Positions 45,892-54,676 of a DNA stretch of 64,000 nucleotides are shown piece by piece (position 1 is the first letter of the stretch; each line of letters opens with the position of its first letter). The position numbers were made by a program, and so were the translations under genes. The notes below the pieces were generated by a model, which worked only from the letters and a program-made list of their open reading frames with translations, was not told where the DNA came from and did no database searches. Source of the DNA: Flavobacteriales bacterium. Lineage in GTDB: Bacteria > Bacteroidota > Bacteroidia > Flavobacteriales_F > PHOS-HE28. The DNA lies in the NCBI GenBank assembly GCA_016787995.1, contig JAEUTB010000111.1:14775-78774 (forward strand), written 5' to 3'.

Positions 45892-48800
45892 TCAGGCCAT
45901 TTCATGGGCCGCGATATTCGTGTCCAGGGCTTTCAGGCGCCTGCGGTAGAGTGAGGTTCCAGCATTGGATCTGCCCTGTACCACCCTGCGTTCAATGGCG
46001 CAGGAAAAGTGGTAGAGGTTGTCGGCGTAATCATCCTCCAGAAAAAAGAGATCGCCAATGAGGCGTCGTAGGTGCTTCCCGCCGTTGTGCACGCCCATGC
46101 CCCGCGAGAGGTCTTCCCGGGCGAGGGTGTAGTGCATCAAGGGGTCAAGCCGGTTCTCCACGTTGCCATCGGCCCAACGACTAACATCCGCATGGATCTC
46201 CGCTGCGGCCGCCCTTACATCCGCAGAGCCTGGGGAGGAGATCGGATAGGTCTCCATGCTGCGGAGCAAGGCTGTCCAGTTGCCCAAGCGCATACGCGCT
46301 AAGGCTATCCGGGTATGGTTATTCACGAAACTGATGCCCGAGAGGTTGAAGATGTTGATGAGGTGGAAACAACAGTGGATGGAATCAGCCACGAGTTCGC
46401 GGATACTTTCACGGCCTGGCATGTGCGCGTTCAAGGGTAGTGCCGCCCCGATATGGCGATTCCAGGCATACACCGGAGTCGTGCCATCGAAGATGCCGCT
46501 GCGGGCAAGGTCCGCTCGTATCCAGTTGTACTGCACTGTGAGCTCCAGCAGCAGGGCTCGTGTGAACTGTAGGGTGACTAGGTGTTTGTGCACCATCAGG
46601 AATTCCCGTGCGTCATCCAAGGCGCGCGCAAGTGGCGGTCCGGGTTGGCGATGTGTCAACTGCAAGCGATGCCAGAGGATGTCCAGCTCCACCAGTTCAG
46701 CTTGGTAGGAGATACCACGAACGGACCGCACTGCGGATGCTCCGGCTGAAGGGTACACGATGGGCTTTGGTGATTTGGAGCGTTGCTGCACATCGATGTG
46801 CCCGTTGTATTTGTGCACGGTGGCCACGGCCCAGCGTTTCAGATCCAAGACTTGGTCCAAGGCATTCGCGGAAAGCGAAGTCCCATTGGTATCCAACATC
46901 ACGAATAGCAACTTCTTCAATTGAAAGACGGCCTGGAACGATTGACCGCTTTCGGCATATGCGCGTGCCGAAAGCAAAAGGAAATACGCCACTTGCCCAT
47001 ATTGGGTATCGGCGAGGATCCAGTTGACCCGTATCCCCATGAATTCGTTCGAAGTGGGGTCGGGGTATGCTTCGGCGTAACCCTCTGCGATCAGTGCATC
47101 TGCATACTTGGAAATCGCGCTGGCTGCGAGTTGATGTGTGGCGTTCGTCGTCTGGTCATCGGCAAGACCAGAGGTCATCCACCGCTGGTGGTCGAGCCGA
47201 TTCTCAGGTTGTCGAAGGAGCCTAAGGGCACGTTCCCACTGATTCGTCTTCGTTGTATCGAGCAGATGGTCTACGGCGGTTCGATAAAGAAGGAGAGAGT
47301 CCTCCTTCATCTGCCCCGGTATCAGCGAAGGTCTGTTGGGTTCGTGTTTCAGGCGCAGATTGCTGAAAAAGAGAATGGAGCCAGCCTGGGTGGTGGCCAT
47401 GGACAGGAAGCGTGGTAGGGCAAAATTCCTTGGTCTGGACATGTTCTTCTTGGCGATAGCCTGGGTGAACTTGTAGATCCAATCCACCGATGCATACACG
47501 GTGGTCATGCTTTGTGCTTTCACCCGGAGCGCCAACGCATACTGCATGGTCAGGCTGAGCAATCGTATGTCCAGCCTTCTTACGTCCACATTGTAAGCCC
47601 TTTGATCATTTCCAGCGGGGACTCTCCGGACCACGTCGAGGATCAGTTCGCACAAGGAGCTCACGGTGATCACGGCTTCGTCCATCGCCTTTATCCGCTC
47701 GAGACAATGAGCCTCCTTCAGCTTCAACCGAACGTATTCGTGGAAATGATCCAACTCGAAGTGCTTTCCTCGATGTGCGCTGCGCTCAAAGTGCAGAGCC
47801 GCTGAACGATAATGCTCCAGCGCATCTGCATGTTCGGCATCGTAGAAGTGAAGATCACCTAGCTGTGCGTGTAGGTCACTGATCGGCTGGATGCCCCATT
47901 CCTTCTGCACCACGTTAGTTTCCTTGAACTGCCGGTGCAGATCCTTCAAGCGTTTGTTGAACAATTGTTTTACGGCTTGGGACTCGTCCAACGTGAAGTT
48001 CATAGCAGCCGAATCCAGTTCAGAGACCTTGGAGAAGTAGGCGATCTCCTGGTAGGTCTTGGCGAAGAATACATAGCCGTAAAGTCCGTTGTCTATAGTT
48101 CGCAGATGCTGATCGGATAGGCGCAGCAGGATGTCGCTGATGTATTTCCGCACTTCGGGCACCTTGTTCAAGGCAATGGCCTCGGGTGCCATTTCCAAGT
48201 GGGCAAAGCTGAACGCGTTAGGGTGGAATTTGAAAAGGTGGTCGAGCAGGTAGGTGAGCGAGACGAGTTGCTTGTCGTTGAGCGATCGGTAGTAGTGCGA
48301 GTGGATGCTGGTGAAGGGGCGGCAGAAGTAGGTCATCAGCATATGCGCATGTTGAGCCGTTGCGTCGAGCCGCAAAAAGAGGCCGGGGCCATCATACCCC
48401 AGGTCCATCACCAGGTTGTTCGGATCCTGGCGTAAGCGATCCAAGGCCTGCTTGCTTTCCACCGGATACATACTGCGCTCGTAGAGCTGCATGAGCTTCT
48501 TTGGGATCCCATTGCTGCGGAAGGTGAGGTAGATGGCATAGTTCTGGACGGCTGAAAGCATCTGGTCCAGCTGCTCCTGCGCCAGTTGTCGGTCAGGTTG
48601 TGCGAACAACCAGTTCCGATACGAAGCGCTGACATCGTTAATGCGCACCATGCGCGCACCGGGCTGGCGAAGTTGCTCCACTAGGCTGCGCGGTAGCAGG
48701 GTTTCTAGTACGAACCGTTCGGTGGTGGTAGTGAGCCCGCTGCGTTCACTGTCCCCATCGCGTTGGCGCTCCTTCAAGAAGGTGGGCACGTAGACCACGT

Positions 48801-50178
48801 GGTTGAACACACTACTGAAGAAGGCGTCACGGTTGCTTGTATCGGCCATGACCGCATCGAACATCTCCCGGCTACCGATGAAGATGAACTTGGCTTGGGC
48901 CACGTTCAGGAAGTGCTTCAAGTTGGCGAACAGCGCAGCGATGGCCTCCTGCCGCCGCCGGTAGTGGTAGGCGGCGAAACTTGTATGGCGTTGCTCCTCA
49001 TGTTCGTCATCTGTTAGGTCCTGGTCGTCCTTCTGCATCACCCCGGTCGGCGCTCGCGGCGTGAGTTTGTCCAGTTCATCGACTAGGAACACGATCCGGT
49101 TGTGACCTTGCCGGTATCGCGGTTGATCATACTCCACCTTCGTGAGGCGGCAGAGTAATCGCATGGCCCACTCGGGCAATATGGGGGGACTGTGGGAGTC
49201 CATGATACCGAACTGGTCGAGGATGTCGGTCAGCTCGATCTCGATCTCCTTGGTCTTCGCGATCGGATAGGAGACGCTCTTACGCCTACCAAAGGCGAAA
49301 GGATTGTAGGTGGCACCTTGCAGCCCACGCACATCCTCGGTGGTCACCGATGCACCGATGCGGGCGATAAGCAGTTGTAGGCGGTCCTTCAAGCGCGAGG
49401 TGGATCGATCGATGCGATCCTGGAAGGTCCTTCGCAACAACTGGCGCCAGACCCAATAGGTGAATAGGCCCACCAAAGCGGGTAGGAGGAACACATCCAC
49501 GAAGCGCATCCAGTAGTACCCGTCCTGCTCTGCCTTGATCGGTCCGAGCCCGTGCATGACCAGGCCATCCGTGCAGACGAGGCCTGCTCGGGGCGTTGTT
49601 GTGGAACCGCCCGCTGGAACCTCGTGGTGACAAGGCCCCATGGTGGTGAACAGGACATGCGGGCCGATGTGCGGCAGCGCCACGAAGAACGCGCCGATGC
49701 CGAAGAGATAGGGCAGCACCCTGCACGCCATCCCGACCCTGTCCCACGGCCGCATCCGGATACGCCCCATGACCTCGAGCAACTTCACCGCCATCAAGCG
49801 CAGGATGGCGCGCTGGTCGATCTCATCCTCCGCTAGGTTGATCTCCAGGTGATGTACCCGAACCTCACCGGGTCCGCCAAGGTCCCAGACCAGCTTCTTC
49901 CAAAAATTCCTCCGAAGTCCCATGGTGGACTCCTTGTTGAGCTTTCGCAGGACGTTGCGTGTCAGACTCGTCTTACCCACACCGCGATAGCCCGTGACCA
50001 GGATGGAGCCGCTCCTATTGGCCGTATTATCAAGGATACGCGCCTTCAGATGCGCTTCGATCGTGCTGCGCTCGATGTACTTATCATCGCCATCCAACGA
50101 CACGTTCCCCGCTTGTGGCGAGTCGTAGAACTTGTACCACGGCAGTCGGATGTAGAGGTTCGGAATATGATTACGCAT
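45892..50178 (-). CDS. giant KAP/PifA-type P-loop NTPase with ~1000-aa helical-repeat C-terminal region
   Basis: Walker A is GYRGVGKTS (49966-49992). Two hydrophobic helices lie at ~49645-49728 and ~49441-49503. Walker B, RIVFLVDELD (49072-49098), follows them. This insertion topology is the KAP family hallmark. Confidence 0.75.
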   Translation of the reverse strand: MRNHIPNLYIRLPWYKFYDSPQAGNVSLDGDDKYIERSTIEAHLKARILDNTANRSGSILVTGYRGVGKTSLTRNVLRKLNKESTMGLRRNFWKKLVWDLGGPGEVRVHHLEINLAEDEIDQRAILRLMAVKLLEVMGRIRMRPWDRVGMACRVLPYLFGIGAFFVALPHIGPHVLFTTMGPCHHEVPAGGSTTTPRAGLVCTDGLVMHGLGPIKAEQDGYYWMRFVDVFLLPALVGLFTYWVWRQLLRRTFQDRIDRSTSRLKDRLQLLIARIGASVTTEDVRGLQGATYNPFAFGRRKSVSYPIAKTKEIEIELTDILDQFGIMDSHSPPILPEWAMRLLCRLTKVEYDQPRYRQGHNRIVFLVDELDKLTPRAPTGVMQKDDQDLTDDEHEEQRHTSFAAYHYRRRQEAIAALFANLKHFLNVAQAKFIFIGSREMFDAVMADTSNRDAFFSSVFNHVVYVPTFLKERQRDGDSERSGLTTTTERFVLETLLPRSLVEQLRQPGARMVRINDVSASYRNWLFAQPDRQLAQEQLDQMLSAVQNYAIYLTFRSNGIPKKLMQLYERSMYPVESKQALDRLRQDPNNLVMDLGYDGPGLFLRLDATAQHAHMLMTYFCRPFTSIHSHYYRSLNDKQLVSLTYLLDHLFKFHPNAFSFAHLEMAPEAIALNKVPEVRKYISDILLRLSDQHLRTIDNGLYGYVFFAKTYQEIAYFSKVSELDSAAMNFTLDESQAVKQLFNKRLKDLHRQFKETNVVQKEWGIQPISDLHAQLGDLHFYDAEHADALEHYRSAALHFERSAHRGKHFELDHFHEYVRLKLKEAHCLERIKAMDEAVITVSSLCELILDVVRRVPAGNDQRAYNVDVRRLDIRLLSLTMQYALALRVKAQSMTTVYASVDWIYKFTQAIAKKNMSRPRNFALPRFLSMATTQAGSILFFSNLRLKHEPNRPSLIPGQMKEDSLLLYRTAVDHLLDTTKTNQWERALRLLRQPENRLDHQRWMTSGLADDQTTNATHQLAASAISKYADALIAEGYAEAYPDPTSNEFMGIRVNWILADTQYGQVAYFLLLSARAYAESGQSFQAVFQLKKLLFVMLDTNGTSLSANALDQVLDLKRWAVATVHKYNGHIDVQQRSKSPKPIVYPSAGASAVRSVRGISYQAELVELDILWHRLQLTHRQPGPPLARALDDAREFLMVHKHLVTLQFTRALLLELTVQYNWIRADLARSGIFDGTTPVYAWNRHIGAALPLNAHMPGRESIRELVADSIHCCFHLINIFNLSGISFVNNHTRIALARMRLGNWTALLRSMETYPISSPGSADVRAAAAEIHADVSRWADGNVENRLDPLMHYTLAREDLSRGMGVHNGGKHLRRLIGDLFFLEDDYADNLYHFSCAIERRVVQGRSNAGTSLYRRRLKALDTNIAAHEMA

Positions 50179-50336
50179 GGATCCTCGTTTCGTCCTTGTT
50201 CCTTGCTCCGATTAGGATCAACGTGCTTGCTGCCGGTCTTTCACCGTGCGGAGGAACTCCTCATCCACCTTCTTCGCGGTCCTTCGGATGCTGGTGCCGC
50301 CAGCATGCGGCTCTAAACCACCTTGGATCATCCACC

Positions 50337-50957
50337 CTACCATGTTGTATCAAAATGAGTTGTTTGGCGCCGGAATTCGAATGACCCGAACAACGGCTCG
50401 TTCGGCGGAAGTTGCCAATAGTTACCCTTCACATTGTTATCATCAAGAACCTCTCCTTCTGCATAGCCCTTTAGGTGTGTATCCTCTTTGGTTATCTCAT
50501 ATGTATAAGCGATCCTGTGGTCGCTGATGAAATCACCCCAAGATGTTTGCCACTGATACGGGATATCCAAGGTGACCTGTTTCACCACCTTTCCCGAAGT
50601 GTCTTTCACTTCTTCCCAGAGCCTGTTGCCTTGCAATTTCCATTGCAGGCCGTTCGCCGTGGTGACCAGTGAGATCTCGCACACCCCGCCATGGTTCTTC
50701 ACCTTTGACTTACAGCGATACTTGTACTTTCCGACAATCCGGGAGTACTCATTCAATTGCTTGGCCGTGATGGTGTTCGGTGTGCCTTCACTAACCACCT
50801 TGATGTATTGCTCAAGAAACGGCAATCTGATCTGCTGTCCATTCAATCTCAACCAGAATATGATCGTAAGGATGAAGAAGAAGATGAGCAGCAAAAGGAT
50901 CAGAGCGTCCTTGGGTTGGCGTTTGGCAAAACCCCATATTCTATTCGCGAGCTCCAT
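50337..50957 (-). CDS. N-terminal-TM, beta-strand-rich protein, unknown function
   Basis: 206 aa. TM segment ALILLLLIFFFILTIIFWL is followed by alternating aromatic and polar beta-like segments (YKYRCKSKV, WKLQGNRLW, AYTYEITK). Confidence 0.55.
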   Translation of the reverse strand: MELANRIWGFAKRQPKDALILLLLIFFFILTIIFWLRLNGQQIRLPFLEQYIKVVSEGTPNTITAKQLNEYSRIVGKYKYRCKSKVKNHGGVCEISLVTTANGLQWKLQGNRLWEEVKDTSGKVVKQVTLDIPYQWQTSWGDFISDHRIAYTYEITKEDTHLKGYAEGEVLDDNNVKGNYWQLPPNEPLFGSFEFRRQTTHFDTTW

Positions 50958-51038
50958 CAGTTCGAATTTTGTTCCAGCCCTCTGCCATGGTTGTTCGGAT
51001 CAACACTCCTTCACGTTCATCGAGGGAACTGGAGATCC

Positions 51039-51881
51039 TCAATTGTTCTTCTTCGCCTTATCTATGGTCTGTGTAAAGACACTCATACCGACGGCAACTC
51101 CGAACCAAGGCTGGCCTTGGTAACGCCAACCGGAGTCATCATCGAATAGCATGTCCCAGCCAATGAACACTCCAAATTGTATCCTATCACGGTCCACGAC
51201 CAATCCTATTGGAAGGGTCAGTGCTGCACGCTCCTTGCTTTCCTTGACTTCGCCATTCGTATTAAGGCTGTCCACTGTGATGGAACTGAACGCCGCGCCA
51301 AGGCATAGTGCGATGCCATTATCCCTAGACCCATTGAGCCGAATACCTCCTATACCACCCAGTGAGACATCTTTTGTGACTACGCCACTCTGTGGGCGGT
51401 ACTTAAAAGGGAGTACTGCCGTACCAAATATGGCCGAGAGTCCGCCACCCTCGAAGGGTACCGCGTTCTGCTTCAGTTCATCCGCCGTGATGAGAAAGTA
51501 GCGATCAGCTTCACGCTCTCCCGCAGCGATCTTTTCCGGATCGTAATTATATCGATAGGCCATTTCCTCTTCGTGTTCGCGGAGATCACGATCCCACCAG
51601 TACGCCCGGTACTTGGTCTTTGTCTTGAGGGTGGTGCTCGTCGCCCAATCATAAAAAGCGACCACGTAGGCGCTTGGCGCAACCCCTTGGGGTCCTATGC
51701 TCCTAACCAGTGTGAACTTCGCGGAATATGGGCATAGTCGATGAACATAACCTCCGGTGTCGCCAATGATAGAACATTCGTGAAGGATGACATCATTGGC
51801 CAACTGATACTCCTTGCTTTCCTGGGTCATGCTCCACAGCGATGCTTGTGCAGCTGCAATGAATAGTAGTGCCCTTTTCAT
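51039..51881 (-). CDS. secreted beta-rich protein (possible outer-membrane or porin-like)
   Basis: Internal start MKRALLFIAAAQASLWS is a signal peptide. The C-terminal half is Gly/aromatic-rich with alternating segments (GGLSAIFGTAVLPFKY, WFGVAVGMSVF). Confidence 0.55.
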   Translation of the reverse strand: MKRALLFIAAAQASLWSMTQESKEYQLANDVILHECSIIGDTGGYVHRLCPYSAKFTLVRSIGPQGVAPSAYVVAFYDWATSTTLKTKTKYRAYWWDRDLREHEEEMAYRYNYDPEKIAAGEREADRYFLITADELKQNAVPFEGGGLSAIFGTAVLPFKYRPQSGVVTKDVSLGGIGGIRLNGSRDNGIALCLGAAFSSITVDSLNTNGEVKESKERAALTLPIGLVVDRDRIQFGVFIGWDMLFDDDSGWRYQGQPWFGVAVGMSVFTQTIDKAKKNN

Positions 51882-51984
51882 GGTGCGAGAGATAACGGAT
51901 GGTTCCTGCATGTCTTCGAGCAATCGTCTTCTGTATTCGACATTCTATAAAATGTGGTATCCAGGATTTGGCACATTATTCCAT

Positions 51985-53571
51985 TCACTTCGGAAAATTC
52001 CCCCGCGCGAATTCCTCCGCATTCCTGTGACAGATCCCCTCCACCGCGTGCTCCACGGCGGTGGTGGAGGTGAGGTGGTGCAGGCAGCTGGGTGGGTTGG
52101 CACTTTGCCGTTCGTGGTCGATGGCGGCGATGAGCTGGGCGCGGAAGTCGGCGAAGAAGAGGGCCGTGGGGTATGGGTCAACGGGGTCTATCCAGCCTTC
52201 GAAGTCGGTGCCGATGGACAGGCACTCCCAGATGCGGTGTTTCTCGGCCAGGGGGAATTCACTGTCGGGTTTTCCATAGACCACCTCGAGTATGGCCTTG
52301 ATGTTGGCCCAGAGGATGGTGATGTCGTTCTCGGCATTGGCACGCACACCCACGATGCGTTGGTCGAAGCTGAGACCGATAAGGCCGTTCGTGCGGTGGA
52401 CGAGAAGGACATCCTCGTCGCAGATGTTGATGTTCCAGCGGTTGAAGCGGCTGCCCGGTGCGGTGGCGCCGTCCTTTTCGTCACCGCTCTGGGCGATGAG
52501 TTGCTGCAGGGTCTTGACACCCGTGTAGGCCACATGGCTGGCGATCACGGGGATCACATCGGGGGTTGACCGCTCAAGTCCTGGCCGCACCACGCTCTCG
52601 TAGTATTCATGCCGCGCCTTGGCGCTCATGTGCTTCACGTCGATCAGGATGCGGTAGCCTGCCGCAGGGTCCGGGTCGCCACTCTCCTTGATCGAGAGGA
52701 TGCGCCGGAGCACGCGCCAGCCTTCGGGCGTGAAGCCCTCGTTCATCTGGACCTCCTGCCCCATGATGTAGGTGGCCTTGCCCGGGAAGCTGTGCGCATG
52801 GCCACAGAGCTTGTTGGCGAAGTGGTGCGCGAACGTGATGAAGAGGATCGGATGGTCCCATTGTTTCACGCGGTCCACGTTGGCCAGCCAGTCGGTGACC
52901 GTGCCGCGGTCCGTGCCCAGCGCGTGCCCGCCCTCGATGGTGAGGATCATGGCCACCTTGTCCGCAGCGAGAGCATTGACCAGCTGGGCCTTGGTGCGCG
53001 GGATCACGTAGGTGCCGGTGGCGTCCAGTTCATTCGGATAGTCGCGTCGCCGCTTGCGCTCGCTCTCGAAGATGTTGCGCACCGTGGTGGGCGTGAGGAT
53101 GCTGTTGCGCGTTTCCACCCCATCCTTCAGCGTGGCGAAGGCGTACTCTTCGTTGAGGTAGTCCCAGTAGCTGTACGATGCGCTCTGGAAGTGGTCGATG
53201 GCCGCATCGGGGATCCACATCACGAAGAACTGCAGGTAGTCGCGTAGCGGAAGCACCTGCGAGGTGAAGGCGCGCGTGAGCGCTTTGTACCAGCGGTCGG
53301 CCCCGGTGATGCCCTGCATGTCGATGGAGAAGAAGCCTTTCTCCACGGGGTACAGCGCGTTGAAGGTCAGGCGCACCTTCCCGTTCCAGAGCTTCACCAG
53401 ATCGGCCTGGGCGTACTTGCTGGCCATCTTGCGTCCGTTGAGCGCTGCCCGGCTGTCGCTCACGATGGTCCAGGGGTGGTATTCGCCCTTGCGCTCGTAG
53501 CGTTCGCGCTGGTGGCGCATCCACAAGAAGCCCTTGGTGTGGTTGTGGGCGTGCAGGTCCGCGAAGCGCAT
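51985..53571 (-). CDS. membrane-dipeptidase (M19)-like metal-dependent hydrolase
   Basis: The motif series is ADLHAHNH, ILTIEGGHALG, ITFAHHFANK, IDVKHMS, VIASHVAY and IGTDFEGW. It parallels the M19 DGHND / EGG / DxSH / SHS / GxDFDG pattern. Confidence 0.6.
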   Translation of the reverse strand: MRFADLHAHNHTKGFLWMRHQRERYERKGEYHPWTIVSDSRAALNGRKMASKYAQADLVKLWNGKVRLTFNALYPVEKGFFSIDMQGITGADRWYKALTRAFTSQVLPLRDYLQFFVMWIPDAAIDHFQSASYSYWDYLNEEYAFATLKDGVETRNSILTPTTVRNIFESERKRRRDYPNELDATGTYVIPRTKAQLVNALAADKVAMILTIEGGHALGTDRGTVTDWLANVDRVKQWDHPILFITFAHHFANKLCGHAHSFPGKATYIMGQEVQMNEGFTPEGWRVLRRILSIKESGDPDPAAGYRILIDVKHMSAKARHEYYESVVRPGLERSTPDVIPVIASHVAYTGVKTLQQLIAQSGDEKDGATAPGSRFNRWNINICDEDVLLVHRTNGLIGLSFDQRIVGVRANAENDITILWANIKAILEVVYGKPDSEFPLAEKHRIWECLSIGTDFEGWIDPVDPYPTALFFADFRAQLIAAIDHERQSANPPSCLHHLTSTTAVEHAVEGICHRNAEEFARGNFPK

Positions 53572-53577
53572 GGCGGC

Positions 53578-54651
53578 TCAGTATTGGAACACGGTGGTCT
53601 TGCCGTTCAACACCTCCTTCACATCGTGCACGACACTCGGGCTGTTCATGTAGTACCAATGGTGCGCGATGTTCTCTCGAAGGGTCTTGTCATCCGAGAT
53701 GTAACTGACATCGGCTTGGATCACGCCGTCCGGCAGGGGCACGGTGCGCCGGGCTCCCCAACGTCCCAGTCGATTGAAAGCGTTCTTGGTGCGTTCACTG
53801 ATCCCCAACGCCTTGTCCTCGTTGTGGTAGTACACGTGCATGCGCTCGCCCAGCATGATGGCATTGTGCAGGGGTTTGCCCGGCTCCAGACCATCATCAT
53901 CCACATCGGCGGCCATCAGGAGGATCTCGCCGAAGACACTGTTGGGGCGCACGTTACGCGCGAAGAGTTCGGCCATCATGCTCTCGAACACCCGGTTGCC
54001 CATGCTGTGGCACATCAGGTGGATCTTCTGGGCGCAGAAGACGTTGTTCATGTCCTTCACCCTTCGCTTTCGTGCTGCCGTGACCAGGTCTTGGAAGAAA
54101 CTGGTCATGGACTGGAAAGAGCGCGCCATGGCGTAGCCGGTCTTCACGGCATCGCGTGCATCATCCCGGTACCGGGTGAGGCTGCCGCGTGATGGCCAAG
54201 TGAAGAGGATGATGTGCCCGATCGGGCTATCAGCCGGTGCCACGTAGCGCTCGTGAAGGTCGGCCAGTGTGGTGAGCGCGCCTTTGAGGTCACTGTTGTA
54301 GCCGTGGACGAAAACGAGGAAGTGGCCTTCGCCGGCCTTGTCAGCCTTCCCCGTGGCATGGAGTTCCTCGAACACCTGTATGCTGGGCGGTACCACCCCT
54401 GCTGGATACTTGCCATGGAGCTCTTTGTACTCCATTTCGGCATCGGAGAGGTCGGGGAGGATCTCGATCTTGAAATCGTCCAGGTTGCGCGCCTTCGCCG
54501 GATCGAAGGTGACCGTGCCGTACCGCAGGTTGTCCATAGCCTCTTCCTTGCCATCGGCGCGCAGGCATTCACTCCTATTCACGGAGACGTACCCGCCCTT
54601 GCGGCTACCTTTGATGATCTGGCGGTTAGTGATGATGTAATGCGTTGCCAT
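53578..54651 (-). CDS. alpha/beta hydrolase, DUF900-like
   Basis: Internal start MATHYIITNRQ. Motifs are FLVFVHGYNSD...ILFTWPS and the nucleophile elbow LMCHSMGNRV. Confidence 0.7.
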   Translation of the reverse strand: MATHYIITNRQIIKGSRKGGYVSVNRSECLRADGKEEAMDNLRYGTVTFDPAKARNLDDFKIEILPDLSDAEMEYKELHGKYPAGVVPPSIQVFEELHATGKADKAGEGHFLVFVHGYNSDLKGALTTLADLHERYVAPADSPIGHIILFTWPSRGSLTRYRDDARDAVKTGYAMARSFQSMTSFFQDLVTAARKRRVKDMNNVFCAQKIHLMCHSMGNRVFESMMAELFARNVRPNSVFGEILLMAADVDDDGLEPGKPLHNAIMLGERMHVYYHNEDKALGISERTKNAFNRLGRWGARRTVPLPDGVIQADVSYISDDKTLRENIAHHWYYMNSPSVVHDVKEVLNGKTTVFQY

Positions 54652-54676
54652 TTGCAATAGAGTTGGATGATCGCTA

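Larger units (their letters stand above)
27780..51985 (-). other. AT-shifted defence-type genomic island (16 co-directional genes; no integrase or tRNA seen)
   Basis: Base composition and codon third positions change visibly relative to both flanks. All genes are on the minus strand. The content is helicases, nucleases, a methyltransferase, an NTPase and a phospholipase. Confidence 0.7.
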
